From: a virus
Taxonomy: Duplodnaviria; Caudoviricetes
Virus record (IMG/VR): IMGVR_UViG_3300042922_000225
Location: 1 to 59,393 of that record
DNA: 59,393 bases
Direction: 5' to 3' (one strand)
In this document: positions 9,085 to 18,741 of the stretch, one piece after another
How positions within the stretch are numbered: position 1 is the stretch's first letter
Layout: each line of letters starts with the position of its first letter
Made by a program: the position numbers and the translations under genes
The notes under the pieces: generated by a model
Told to the model about the DNA's origin: nothing
Seen by the model: only the letters and a program-made list of their open reading frames with translations
Database searches by the model: none

Positions 9085-9323
9085 CGAACCACCACCGCAA
9101 TAAGGGCAATGACACTGGTAAGCCAACCCAAACTTGCAAGAGCCCAGAGCCGCTTGACCTGATCTTGTGTGCGGGCAAGAGACTTAGCCACCGTGGAGGC
9201 CAGGTCAAAAGTAGCGCGGTTCCCATCCGCCAGCGCCTCGTTAACTTCTCCCTGAGCCTGCCAGACCGACTTGATTTCGGCACCAGGCATAGGGCGCATA
9301 ATGTCCTCAGGCTTAGTGGTCAT
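9081..9323 (-). CDS. Membrane protein with a C-terminal TM helix
   Basis: Hydrophobic C-terminus LWALASLGWLTSVIALIAVVV. Confidence 0.55.
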   Translation of the reverse strand: MTTKPEDIMRPMPGAEIKSVWQAQGEVNEALADGNRATFDLASTVAKSLARTQDQVKRLWALASLGWLTSVIALIAVVVR

Positions 9324-9489
9324 AAGCAGGCCACACTTCCTCTCCATTTACCCAGTTGCGCATCTTGGGGCTGTGCCCCGCAGGCGTCTCAGGGGGTACT
9401 CGATCCATCATGGCTCCAGCATAGTACGGGGCTCGATAGATTGTCAACCCCGCCAAAAAGCCCAGCAGTAGTCCAATTGTGAACCTCAC
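9313..9489 (-). CDS. Small membrane protein
   Basis: N-terminal hydrophobic FTIGLLLGFLAGLTIY; GTG start after GAGG. Confidence 0.5.
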   Translation of the reverse strand: MRFTIGLLLGFLAGLTIYRAPYYAGAMMDRVPPETPAGHSPKMRNWVNGEEVWPAYDH

Positions 9490-9491
9490 TT

Positions 9492-10217
9492 CTACCTCTT
9501 CCTCTTCCTGTTTGATCGACATGTCTTACAGTAACGCCGCCCCTTGACGGTACGGCCGGTGTTAGCATCGGTGTACTCATGCCCGTGCACACAGTGGGTC
9601 TTATTTACCTGCCGGTCCGTACCGTCCTTCCGGCGGTCTTTCATGTTTTCCGAGTAAGTACCCCACCTGAGATTGTTAAGCGAGTTGTCGGATACACCCC
9701 TTCGGCCATGGAGTGCAATATGGCCTGGAGGTGGTGGCCCTAAAAATGCAAAGCAAACTAATCGATGTACCGAATGGAATTTCCCGCTTAGGGACACTCG
9801 GGCATAGCCCTGCTTGGTTATGGACGGGGAAAGAATACGACCCTCGTTGACTCGAACCGATCTACCAACGGAGTAATAAAAGGCGAGGCTTCTAACTTCC
9901 CCGTTACGGGAAACCTGATATCGACCTTCGTACCCCGGTATATTTCGCCATATAGGTGTTTCAGGGGGCGTGACGTTATTCTTACGGTCGGCATCTTTTG
10001 AAGCGCAGTCAGGGTCGCAGTAGTCTGTTCGACTACTCGGATGGTGATTAAAAATGCCACCGCAACCTAAACAATTACGCTCGTATGTAACCCTTTTTTG
10101 GTTTTGCGGCGTAATTAGAACCTGACAAGATTTCGAGCATGTTCGAGCTGGGGTATATTTCGAAGTGAAAAAAGACTGCCGGCAGACCTCGCAGTCTTGT
10201 AAAACTTGGTATCTCAT
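9492..10217 (-). CDS. NUMOD4-HNH homing endonuclease with N-terminal Zn-finger repeats
   Basis: CEVC..CSKSC and CLGC..CDPDC repeats, WRNIPGYEGRYQVS, VHRLVCFAF, NSLNNLRWGT; AT-richer than flanks. Confidence 0.88.
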   Translation of the reverse strand: MRYQVLQDCEVCRQSFFTSKYTPARTCSKSCQVLITPQNQKRVTYERNCLGCGGIFNHHPSSRTDYCDPDCASKDADRKNNVTPPETPIWRNIPGYEGRYQVSRNGEVRSLAFYYSVGRSVRVNEGRILSPSITKQGYARVSLSGKFHSVHRLVCFAFLGPPPPGHIALHGRRGVSDNSLNNLRWGTYSENMKDRRKDGTDRQVNKTHCVHGHEYTDANTGRTVKGRRYCKTCRSNRKRKR

Positions 10218-10447
10218 CGCCTCTTTTCCTCTCCCTTGTCTCGTCCCTTGTAATAGCTCAGCATCATTCCGTATCCCGCCCACGACAGTCCAACTATCGG
10301 GCCTCCGAACGCAAGATAGGTAAAGCCCGTAAAAACCGTAAGCAGGTACACGACAATAGTAAGGAACGCCGAGATAAAAAGCAAGGCTTCCAGCGTTCGG
10401 TATGCGTCCTCGCGCCACTGCGTGTTATACGGGGGCTTTTTCATCAC
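10214..10447 (-). CDS. Two-TM membrane protein
   Basis: Two hydrophobic segments. Confidence 0.55.
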   Translation of the reverse strand: MMKKPPYNTQWREDAYRTLEALLFISAFLTIVVYLLTVFTGFTYLAFGGPIVGLSWAGYGMMLSYYKGRDKGEEKRR

Positions 10448-10580
10448 ACTACGTATTTCTCTAGAACCCGAATCGGAATGCGGGCCAGGCGCTGGTGATA
10501 CTCGTCACAGTATTTGCTCTCCCACTCACACGAACACGTACGGTAAGTCACGGTCACCATCTGCTGGTTGGGTGCGTAGG

Positions 10581-11111
10581 TCATGATTCCTCCGGCCAGA
10601 TTCGACGCGCCGAGAGAATTCCCGGGTCGTTCTTGTAGATAGTGGTGAGGGTCTGCGTTGACTGGAAGAAGTCGCCGTTAACGAACCACGCATGTGAACC
10701 AGCCCTGAAGGTCAACTCCCAGACCTCGCCGGGCTTGGCGTCGTGCCACGGCTTCGGCTCCGGGTGAGCATCGAAGTAGGCCTCCGCGCACGCGGCGAAC
10801 TGCTCGGCATGGTCGTCGATCAGTTCCAACGAGTAGCGGCGAACCTTGCGGATGCGGCCCACGGACTCTCGAAGAACAGTGATGAGGTCGCGGTCATTCG
10901 TCGTGGGGTAGACGACGTACTCGGGGTTCTCAGGCCAGCGCCACCGTCCGAGGCGTTCGTCTTCCTCAGCCTGGAAGAACTCCCGCAGGCCTTCCACGGC
11001 CTCTGAATCCAGATCGTCGGCATATCCTTCGGGTCCGGGCGTTGTGTAATCGATGTAGCCGGAACTGTCAATAAGGACTTGAACGCCATTGCTGGCTGTG
11101 TACTGTTCCAT
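10581..11111 (-). CDS. Hypothetical protein
   Basis: Strong RBS GAGGAGGG; RWRWPENPEYVVY and PKPWHDAKPGEVW motifs. Confidence 0.7.
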   Translation of the reverse strand: MEQYTASNGVQVLIDSSGYIDYTTPGPEGYADDLDSEAVEGLREFFQAEEDERLGRWRWPENPEYVVYPTTNDRDLITVLRESVGRIRKVRRYSLELIDDHAEQFAACAEAYFDAHPEPKPWHDAKPGEVWELTFRAGSHAWFVNGDFFQSTQTLTTIYKNDPGILSARRIWPEES

Positions 11112-11140
11112 GTTCCCTCCTCAGGGTTGTTAGCTCTACT

Positions 11141-12616
11141 CTAGCGCCTTGCCATCGAGCGCGCAACCATGATCTTCTTGAGCAGCAAGTCTTCGGCTCG
11201 TCCCGACTGAACGCCTAGGTCATCCAGGAGAACGTAGCGCTGGACCCTCTGCTTGTTGTCGAGGCGATCCAATCTTGCGGTCACTTGCTCGCGCATGGTC
11301 AGTGAAATGGGCTGCTCAAACAGGATTTCGGTGTGCGAGAGGTGGTTGAGCCCTGCCGTACCCGTGCCGATAGCGGCGATCACACCAACCAGAACCCGGT
11401 AATCCCGCCCGAAGGAGGCAAGGTCTGCCTTGCGGACTCCGCTGTATTCGGCGGCTGTGTAGCCTTCCTGGGTAAGGCGGTGCGTTAGAACCTCTGCGTA
11501 CTGCTGGGACTCTAGGAACACGACCACGTTCTCATCTGCCGGGAGGTTAGAGAGAATATGCAGGGTTTCGTCCAGGAACGGGGAAGGTGCTTCGGGGTTA
11601 AACCGGATACGGGTCTTCTCGATGCTCTCGCCGTCCTTGTTTACGCCCTCGTACGTTTCCACCTCGGCTTCTCCCAAAGTCAACTGACGGATGCGCTGCT
11701 TCTGGGTCAGCGGGATTTCAGCTTCCAGCGGGTGGCCCTCAAGGTACGTCATCATCAGGGTCTCCATCTCCCGAACCGCCTTCTTCTGCTTAGGGCTAAG
11801 CTCGACAGTGCGCTCGATAACCTGGGGCTCTTCGGTGGGTAGAAAGCCGCCCTCGTGCCACTTGCAGCAGGTCTCCCGGCGCTTGTGGAGAATCACCGCA
11901 GGGATCTCAGACAGCAATCGGCCAGGCTCAGATTCGGTGAGGAACTTCTTAACGACCTTCGGCTTTCCATCCCACGTGCGCTGACTGGTGTAGACCTCTT
12001 CGTAGCTCATCCGGTCAAGCTGCCACTGGACGAAGTTCGAAGATGCGATCTCACCGCGCCGGTCCAGGGTATCGCCATAGAGAAAGCGCATGATGCCCCA
12101 GAGGTTAGCGAAGTCCTGGCGCATCGGGGTGCCGGATAGGGCAAGGCGGGCGTCAAAGCGGTGGGCAAGGGGGTGGCCGTCGCTTGCGTGGTAGCCGCCG
12201 AGCTTGCGTTGGAGCTTGGACTTAGCTGTTGAGCCCTGGTGTGCCTCGTCGTGGATAATCATATCGCCTGACCACGCGGAGGTGTCCGCACGGGTGACAA
12301 ACTGCGGGGACGCAAGATACACCCCAGGTGCCCCCAGTTCGAAATCAAACAGAGCCTGACGCTGGGCCTTGTTGGAGTTGCCGATGATCCGGGCTTCTAC
12401 GTCTGCGTTATCTGCCAGGGTGGGAATCCACGCGGTCTTGTGCGTTGACTGCGGGGCAAGAATCAGGGTGGTGCTGGGCTTTGCATCCCGAATAGCCAGG
12501 GTTGCCGTAAGACTCTTACCGCCGCCAGCTTCGATTCCGACAAGGCCGGTATATCCGTTACGATGCAGGGTCTCTTGATCTTCGACCTGGAAGGGGTAGG
12601 GGGTGAGCTTTGCCAT
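11141..12616 (-). CDS. SF2 (SNF2-like) DNA helicase
   Basis: Q motif PYPFQ, Walker A AGGGKS, DEAH, LSGTP, GTAGLN, ARLDR. Confidence 0.9.
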   Translation of the reverse strand: MAKLTPYPFQVEDQETLHRNGYTGLVGIEAGGGKSLTATLAIRDAKPSTTLILAPQSTHKTAWIPTLADNADVEARIIGNSNKAQRQALFDFELGAPGVYLASPQFVTRADTSAWSGDMIIHDEAHQGSTAKSKLQRKLGGYHASDGHPLAHRFDARLALSGTPMRQDFANLWGIMRFLYGDTLDRRGEIASSNFVQWQLDRMSYEEVYTSQRTWDGKPKVVKKFLTESEPGRLLSEIPAVILHKRRETCCKWHEGGFLPTEEPQVIERTVELSPKQKKAVREMETLMMTYLEGHPLEAEIPLTQKQRIRQLTLGEAEVETYEGVNKDGESIEKTRIRFNPEAPSPFLDETLHILSNLPADENVVVFLESQQYAEVLTHRLTQEGYTAAEYSGVRKADLASFGRDYRVLVGVIAAIGTGTAGLNHLSHTEILFEQPISLTMREQVTARLDRLDNKQRVQRYVLLDDLGVQSGRAEDLLLKKIMVARSMARR

Positions 12617-12620
12617 GCCC

Positions 12621-13064
12621 TCACACTACCTTATAGAGCACATCGCCGTCAACTCGAAAACCGTGGCGGGTCAGGCGCTTGCGATAGACGTGAAAGAGCG
12701 TATCGGTCGAGCCGTACAGGACAATCTCTCGGCGCTGCCTCTTACGCTTGAACAAACGATCTGAGGCGTCCAGGCCCTCAAAGAACAGAGTAGACAGGCG
12801 TCCGAACACTTCTGTGCCGCCGGGGCCGGTAGGACTCCCCTGCTTGCTCCAACGGCTCCACGGGGCTGCAAAGCGGTTAAAGACCACGAGGTGGACGTGG
12901 ATTTCCTCGCACTCGGCAAAGCGGTGGAGGGAGAACGAAAGCCTCATACGCTGGCCGTTAGATAGGGGTACGGTTTTACGTACTTCCCAGCCGCGGTTCA
13001 CGTAGAGGCCTTGCTCGTCAAACCCCACATCAACGTAGGGCCGCTTCATCCAGTTTTTGTTCAT
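12621..13064 (-). CDS. Hypothetical protein (leaderless)
   Basis: ATG 6 nt after the -10 hexamer of a consensus promoter. Confidence 0.6.
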   Translation of the reverse strand: MNKNWMKRPYVDVGFDEQGLYVNRGWEVRKTVPLSNGQRMRLSFSLHRFAECEEIHVHLVVFNRFAAPWSRWSKQGSPTGPGGTEVFGRLSTLFFEGLDASDRLFKRKRQRREIVLYGSTDTLFHVYRKRLTRHGFRVDGDVLYKVV

Positions 13065-13070
13065 GAGGTG

Positions 13071-13099
13071 AGTCTAGCCGTTACCTCTGTCAATGTCAA
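13071..13099 (-). promoter_or_regulatory. SigA-type promoter TTGACA-17-TAGACT
   Basis: Consensus -35, 17-bp spacer, leaderless ATG downstream. Confidence 0.8.
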
Positions 13100-13192
13100 C
13101 GTAGTTCGGGCATTCCCGGTCCCACAGGTAGCAGTAACACTCTCGCTGCTGCCAGCATGCGCAGGATGGGTCGTGGTGTGCTCCGTGTTCGA

Positions 13193-13471
13193 TCACTTCG
13201 TAAACTCCCAGACAGGCTTATCGAATTCGATCCAGTGCGTCACATTGCCGAAAGGCCGGGTGTGTCCTACGTCACTGTTAGCTTCCCACAGTATGCCTTG
13301 AGTCTTCGCGTCCCAGTCGTACAAGGCGTACACATTGATGTCCGGGTTGTTTGGGTTCAGAGGCCAGCCGGAGACAATACAGCCATCAAAGATAAATGCA
13401 ACACGCCCTACGAGAGATTCCATGTCGGGAAGGCCCTCGGTGGCGATCTCGCGGACCTTAAATGTTCTCAC
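13193..13471 (-). CDS. Hypothetical protein
   Basis: Ends NVTHWIE, a common phage small-protein motif. Confidence 0.6.
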   Translation of the reverse strand: MRTFKVREIATEGLPDMESLVGRVAFIFDGCIVSGWPLNPNNPDINVYALYDWDAKTQGILWEANSDVGHTRPFGNVTHWIEFDKPVWEFTK

Positions 13472-13601
13472 AGATCCAACTCCCCTATAGCCTCATTTGC
13501 CAACGCACGGCGGGTTTCTAGCGGTACAAAGTTCGAGCGGGTGAGCGCAATGATGTTGGCGATGCGCTGCTGGCGGGCGAGTTCTTGGAGGGCTGCGTCA
13601 C

Positions 13602-13763
13602 TCACGATTCCACCTTTCGGTACCCCAGTTCGTAAAGCCGGTCGGCAATGTCATATCGGAAATCCCAAATGTCTCGCTCGGGGGCTTGACTGAACACGGC
13701 GTAAACTACGTCCGCGATCTCGTTAGCCTGGTCGATGCGGTTTACTTCTTCTCGGGCGTTCAT
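13602..13763 (-). CDS. Hypothetical protein (53 aa, IAD.LY..GYRK family)
   Basis: Manually translated MNAREEV...IADRLYELGYRKVES. Confidence 0.55.
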   Translation of the reverse strand: MNAREEVNRIDQANEIADVVYAVFSQAPERDIWDFRYDIADRLYELGYRKVES

Positions 13764-13766
13764 GGG

Positions 13767-13976
13767 TTAGATCTCTTCAATCGAACGGTACGGGCACTCT
13801 TCCCAGGGCATGTTATGTGCCGAACATGAATAACCCTCAAACTCATACCCAACCTCGGGATACTGGCGCTCGCAGGTCATGCCGAGCATTGAAACCATCC
13901 CTCGCATAAGGGTTTGATTACTCTCTGAACCCAGACCTTTTAAGGCGTTGTGAAACACTTCTTCTCGGGCGTTCAC
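13767..13976 (-). CDS. Hypothetical protein
   Basis: Starts MNAREEV like the downstream gene; Cys/His-containing C-terminus. Confidence 0.55.
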   Translation of the reverse strand: MNAREEVFHNALKGLGSESNQTLMRGMVSMLGMTCERQYPEVGYEFEGYSCSAHNMPWEECPYRSIEEI

Positions 13977-14204
13977 TCCCAAACCATCTTCCAATTAGTG
14001 TCTGACGATGAGAGCGTGAGATTTACCCCTCGGGGATCGGACCAGTATCCGAACTGGACGCTACCGCCATTGACGGGCCAGATAACCCACATCAGTCCCA
14101 CTCCTCCGTAAAAGTGCCTACGCCCGTCCCGCGAAGGATCGCCTCGCATTCGATGAGGTCAAGGCCGGTGTAAAAATGCATCGTGATGCTGGGGTCGTGG
14201 TAGT

Positions 14205-14498
14205 TCATTCGGGGTCTCCAACAAAAGCATCCATGATTGCGCGGACAAATACATCCACAGAGTCACCGGTCATCCGGTACTGTGCGGGCCTGTCGGGGTA
14301 GTTCGGATGTCCCTTAGATCCGCCGTTGAACGTGACGCCTACTAGGTCGGTGCTTGCCAGGGTTTCACGCAAGACGCTCTCGATCATGCCGTGACGATAC
14401 CCCTCAGCATACAGGGCATCGGCTTGCTCCGTGGCAGTTGCGTCGTTGACCCACCGCTGTAGGACTTCGATCATCCTTGTTCGTTCGTCGGCGCTCAT
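14205..14498 (-). CDS. Hypothetical protein
   Basis: ATGA-coupled start; ADALYAEGYR motif. Confidence 0.55.
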   Translation of the reverse strand: MSADERTRMIEVLQRWVNDATATEQADALYAEGYRHGMIESVLRETLASTDLVGVTFNGGSKGHPNYPDRPAQYRMTGDSVDVFVRAIMDAFVGDPE

Positions 14499-14725
14499 GC
14501 GAAAACATCCGTCCACTCGATACCCAGGTACTCCAGGGCGTAGACTTCGATGTTCGACCAGTCGCGCTCGCTCCACAGGTCATAGCCGCGTCCGTCCTCG
14601 GCAGAGGCATCACAGGCCCAGTCAATGGCCTTCTCGATGGCCTCAAAGTCGGTAGCAAACGGGGTGCCAAGCAGGCGGTCGTGAAGCTCGTTAGCGCGCT
14701 GGGTGTGAATCGGGATCATGTTCAT
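14495..14725 (-). CDS. Hypothetical acidic protein
   Basis: AAGGAGG RBS and own promoter. Confidence 0.6.
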   Translation of the reverse strand: MNMIPIHTQRANELHDRLLGTPFATDFEAIEKAIDWACDASAEDGRGYDLWSERDWSNIEVYALEYLGIEWTDVFA

Positions 14726-14746
14726 GGTTTCCTCCTTGTTGGTATC

Positions 14747-14775
14747 AGTATGGCAGGCTTTAGCCCTAGTGTCAA
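14747..14775 (-). promoter_or_regulatory. SigA-type promoter TTGACA-17-CATACT
   Basis: Consensus -35 and 17-bp spacer upstream of an RBS. Confidence 0.75.
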
Positions 14776-15033
14776 CTAGACAGGCCGGATCGTCCAGCAG
14801 TCTTCGCCCGCACGACCGCACTCGGTACACGAGAACTCATGCCGGGTCTTCCACGTCTCTCGCTCCATTACGGCCCGTATAGCGTTCCAGCAACACAGTT
14901 GTGTCCACTCACACGTGCGGTGAAGGTGGGTGACTTGGTAAGAGCAAGTTGTGACGACATGATTAACCTCACACTTGCACTCGTCTGCCAGGATCGATTC
15001 GTCCAGGTGGGTAAGTTCGGCGGTGTTGGTCAT
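14776..15033 (-). CDS. Cys-rich putative zinc-binding protein
   Basis: Multiple Cys/His, including CTEC. Confidence 0.55.
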   Translation of the reverse strand: MTNTAELTHLDESILADECKCEVNHVVTTCSYQVTHLHRTCEWTQLCCWNAIRAVMERETWKTRHEFSCTECGRAGEDCWTIRPV

Positions 15034-15350
15034 GAGAGTGCCGCCAGTCGGGTGAGCACCTTACGGGCGTGTGCTACCGCCGGATTGGGAGCGAACTCCG
15101 AGACCAGATCAAGCCAATCCATCTGTGAGTTAATTGCAACTCTTCCGTGCATCGCCTCGAACATCCGATACTGGACTAGTTGCGGATTCGGCTCGTTGTG
15201 CTGGGCGTGGTCGAACTCGGGGCGGGGGTCGTAGCGGAAGTAGTAATCCGTCCCTGCCTGAGCTGACTGGTAGCGTTTTCGAGTCTCGGTATTGAGGTAC
15301 GGCTTCGGGTCGTGGTTCAGGTCGCGAGGCGTCTTGCTTGAAAAGATCAT
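15030..15350 (-). CDS. Hypothetical protein
   Basis: Coupled ORF with RBS. Confidence 0.55.
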   Translation of the reverse strand: MIFSSKTPRDLNHDPKPYLNTETRKRYQSAQAGTDYYFRYDPRPEFDHAQHNEPNPQLVQYRMFEAMHGRVAINSQMDWLDLVSEFAPNPAVAHARKVLTRLAALS

Positions 15351-15777
15351 GGGATAATCCTTTCTCCCACTCGTGCGAAGTAGTCCTCATGTGACGGGGC
15401 AAGGGTCACCTTAGTCATGTGGTGGGGGTTGCCTCGCTCAATCGGAATCCACTCGTTGGCGATGATGCGGTCGTTAGCATCCAGGGTTACGCGGCGGGGG
15501 TTCACGGAAGCACCCGAACCCGCACCATGGAAACGAATTCATGCCCGCTACCCGTTGAAACCCCGATGTCCTGCACGGCATTTTTCAGTCCGTAACTGGT
15601 CATCGTATATGGGTCGGAGTGGTCGTTAAGAAAAGTCAGGACGTAGATGCCCTTGTCGTGGTTCACGGTGCCTCCTTAGGCGTTGTCGTTGTTGGTACTC
15701 ACAGTAAACCACAAAACCCCCGGCTGCGCAAGAGGCAAACGGGGGTTCGTGGGGGGGGGGGGGGATTCACCACAGGT

Positions 15778-16035
15778 TCAGGCCGATGCCCGCCCCGTAG
15801 GCTCCCAGGACTCAATTTCAGAAAGCACGCGCGTAACATCCCCCTGCGTCTGCCAGCCAAGCACACCATCTGTGATGGGGGTTTCGTAGGTAATAAGCCA
15901 TTTGTCCCCCGAGAACTTGATAACTCCAATTTCGTAGGGCGCGTTAAGGTCACCGTAACCGTCCGTGATGACCGACGCCCCGAAGCCGTTTTCGAACCTG
16001 TGGACTGTCTGTCGTTCATTCTGCTTGACAATCAT
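15778..16035 (-). CDS. Hypothetical protein
   Basis: FENGFGASVI...YEIGVI...YETPITDGVLGW pattern; strong RBS. Confidence 0.7.
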   Translation of the reverse strand: MIVKQNERQTVHRFENGFGASVITDGYGDLNAPYEIGVIKFSGDKWLITYETPITDGVLGWQTQGDVTRVLSEIESWEPTGRASA

Positions 16036-16047
16036 TGTGTCCCTCCT

Positions 16048-16284
16048 TTAGGCGTTGTCGTTGCTGGTGCGAGTGCGGAGTCGTCGCTTGGTAGCGCGCA
16101 TGTCCAGGATGGCTGCCTGCAACGTGGGGCCGCAGCCCTCCACAGAGGAATCTCCCTGCTGCACATAGAAGAGGTAGCCGGGGCGCAGGCCGAGCTTCTT
16201 CTGGAGTTGGAGGGGTGGTATTTCAAAGACTCGATCTACGTACATATCAGAAGTTCCAAACGTTAAGGCCAGTGCCCGCACCAT
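16048..16284 (-). CDS. Hypothetical protein
   Basis: ORF on the operon strand. Confidence 0.4.
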   Translation of the reverse strand: MVRALALTFGTSDMYVDRVFEIPPLQLQKKLGLRPGYLFYVQQGDSSVEGCGPTLQAAILDMRATKRRLRTRTSNDNA

Positions 16285-16488
16285 ACGCGGCGAGAAGTAG
16301 GAAGGGAGTGTAGAACAGGGTTCGGACGAAAGTGCGCTTAGTCACGGTAATCACGCTCCTCGATGTAGAGGCCCCAGTGGATGCCCAGCAAGGAGCCCAA
16401 AATAGCGGTGGCGATGGTGAAGGCCCCGAGGTCGCCCAGGTAGCCGATGAGAAGGCCTACGATGAGGCCTAGGATTGCTCCGGCCAGG

Positions 16489-16713
16489 CTAGGCATTGCG
16501 GACCGTCCGGTGGGGGTTCTTGTAGCTGCCTACCTTGCCCGCTCCGTACCCTTCGTCCCACGCCTCAGCCTTAACGCTCGCGAGCCAGCGGTCGAATGCT
16601 TGTCCGTGTTCCCGTAGCGCAGACGTATATGTCACCCCGAGGGGTCGCGTTTCGGCCTTGGCTTTGTATTGTCGTTTAACGAGTTCTGTGTCCGGGGTGT
16701 ACTCGTCAGTCAT
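16489..16713 (-). CDS. Hypothetical protein
   Basis: YTPDTE, FDRWLASVKAEAWDEG and NP motifs typical of actinophage small proteins. Confidence 0.65.
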   Translation of the reverse strand: MTDEYTPDTELVKRQYKAKAETRPLGVTYTSALREHGQAFDRWLASVKAEAWDEGYGAGKVGSYKNPHRTVRNA

Positions 16714-16977
16714 TGCTCTCTCCTTGTTGTCCTAGGCGGTCGGCTTGACCACGCTTGTAGCCTAGCAGGTACTCTTCGGGTCCGCAAGCAGCGGGTAGGC
16801 CCAATACTCCGGCGTAGTAGCCGTGCAGCCACTGGTCTGGCTCAACAATCGTCGTCATCGTCAAGCTCAATGTCGTAGTTGGCCCCGAAAAACCCCAAGG
16901 GTACGTCGTCAATTGAATCGTACTCACCTACGGGCAGGTACGAACAGCAACCGCACCCAGGGTCGATAATGTATACG

Positions 16978-17184
16978 TTAACGCTCATAGCGGCTCTCCT
17001 GCTGCCAGTACCCGTCGCGGGGCGAGAACTCCAGGCGCTTGCCGTTGAGGGTGCCGGGGTAAGCGTGGCGGGAGCCGTATTCGCCTACGTACGGGAATGG
17101 GTCAAGCACGATATAACGTCCGGTGAGAGCATCGCGCGGAACGCCGGTTACCCGGTACGTGTTATCGTCGATGGGTTGGAACAT
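16978..17184 (-). CDS. Hypothetical protein
   Basis: RBS AAAGGGG, with TAGGCT -10 upstream. Confidence 0.55.
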   Translation of the reverse strand: MFQPIDDNTYRVTGVPRDALTGRYIVLDPFPYVGEYGSRHAYPGTLNGKRLEFSPRDGYWQQESRYER

Positions 17185-17656
17185 GAAACTTTCCCCTTTC
17201 TTAACTGCGACTAGCCTAAATGTCTTGCGGAATAGAGAAGAATCGCGTTTCTTTCGCGCGGGTAGAAGCGGGGCGATAACGGCGGGCGTTTGCCCAACGC
17301 AGCTTATTAAGTAGGCGGCGGATCATTTTGCGACCTTCTTAGGCCATTCGTTCTTTTTCATGTTAGATCCCCAACCTACATATGTAAAGTGGTTCCCTCG
17401 GTGGAACGCCTCAGCCTCACAAAACCACGCTTTTTCGGGGTGCTTGGACTTGCATTCGTTGTTCATTTGCCGGGTGAGTTCCTTTCTGAACTCGTCTTCC
17501 TCCAAAGGCTGAAATTGAACCTCCCCCGTCACACTGCCCCCTGTCGCATCGCCCGAAGCTGTCGGGCCTCCCAATTGTCCTTTGCACTAGAGCCGAGGTC
17601 CTCCCAGTTGAGGGGCCTGCGGCGGATCAGTTCGGCGCGTTCTTCGGGGGTGGTGT

Positions 17657-17917
17657 TCATTTTCCGTCCTTCCAAGAGACACCATAGACAAAACCGGCGT
17701 CAATCCAGAAGGGCTCGGGCTCTCCCGACAACTCGTAAGCGTCCACGTCCACGGGCGTAACGTCCGCTATGAGAAGAACTCCACCTTCCTGGCTGGATGC
17801 CAATACGGCGCAGATTCCTAGATTAGGTGCCTCTTCAACTCGTACGAACTGAAACGGAAACCTCTTGGAGGGGGGTGCTGAGGAAATGCGGTCGGGCCTC
17901 ATGTCAAACGTCTTCAT
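17657..17917 (-). CDS. Hypothetical protein
   Basis: RBS GGAGAG upstream. Confidence 0.5.
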   Translation of the reverse strand: MKTFDMRPDRISSAPPSKRFPFQFVRVEEAPNLGICAVLASSQEGGVLLIADVTPVDVDAYELSGEPEPFWIDAGFVYGVSWKDGK

Positions 17918-18056
17918 GCTTGCAGTTCATTCTCTCTCCTTCAAATCTGTCGTAGTTTCCCGCACTTCAGGCACCAATACTCTACCCGGCCTCGCTGCCA
18001 AGTTCCCAGGTAATGAGGCGTCCAGGTATGAACGGTTCGGCATAGCCAACGCGGCA

Positions 18057-18242
18057 TCATTGCTTGAAAGTGACGCGGACCTTCTGGCCCTCGGGCTCGT
18101 TTGCCCGGCGATATCCCTTATCGAAGAGCACCTGTGCAATCTCTCGGTGCCACGCCAGCTTGTGCGCGAAAGAGGTGCGGGCGTGCTCTTCTCGGTAGAG
18201 GATTTCAGCCAGAACTTCTACGTCTCGTGCGTTCGTAGTCAT
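18057..18242 (-). CDS. Hypothetical protein (IAQ.LF..GYRR family)
   Basis: ATG at 18242 after GAAAGG. Confidence 0.5.
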   Translation of the reverse strand: MTTNARDVEVLAEILYREEHARTSFAHKLAWHREIAQVLFDKGYRRANEPEGQKVRVTFKQ

Positions 18243-18277
18243 TGTAAGTGCCTTTCCCGTAGATATGCTTGTGCGTC

Positions 18278-18493
18278 TCAGCCACGGTTTGCCCGTGCAT
18301 AAGGCCACCACGGCCCCGCTACACGACGCTTAACAATGTGGTCGGTCGCATCCCAGAAGTCCGGGTCGTTGCCATCAAGCGCTCTCTCGCACTCTTCGAA
18401 GGTCGTCCCTGCCGGGGTCTCCTCGAACCCTATAAAGGGCCATAGGTGAGTGCCTTCTTTGGAGTGAATAGCGTACTCCCATTCTTCGTTCAC
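18278..18493 (-). CDS. Hypothetical protein
   Basis: EWEYAI...IVKRRVAGPW motif; AAGGAGG RBS. Confidence 0.6.
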   Translation of the reverse strand: MNEEWEYAIHSKEGTHLWPFIGFEETPAGTTFEECERALDGNDPDFWDATDHIVKRRVAGPWWPYARANRG

Positions 18494-18712
18494 GGTTCCT
18501 CCTTAAGGCTGTTGTATGGGTAGGTACGTCAGTAAGAAGGTGCAAACGGATACCCGAAAGTGCAGACATGGGCCTCGACCCCGATAGCTTCAAGCCGCTC
18601 CCTAGTCACTTCAGCGTCTTCCTCGGTCTCGTAGATCCAGGCGCTTTTGACTTTGACATCGGGGGTGTAAACGTAGAACATTGCTGCCTCCTCAGGCTGT
18701 TGTGTTGGTACG

Positions 18713-18741
18713 AGTCTAGCGGCTCACTGCGGATTAGTCAA
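18713..18741 (-). promoter_or_regulatory. SigA-type promoter TTGACT-17-TAGACT
   Basis: Near-consensus boxes, 17-bp spacer. Confidence 0.75.

Noticed and set aside
10218-10418. N-terminal extension of the second HNH ORF in the ORF track
   Set aside because: Overlaps the membrane-protein gene 10214-10447; the ATG at 10217 is coupled to its stop and has an RBS.
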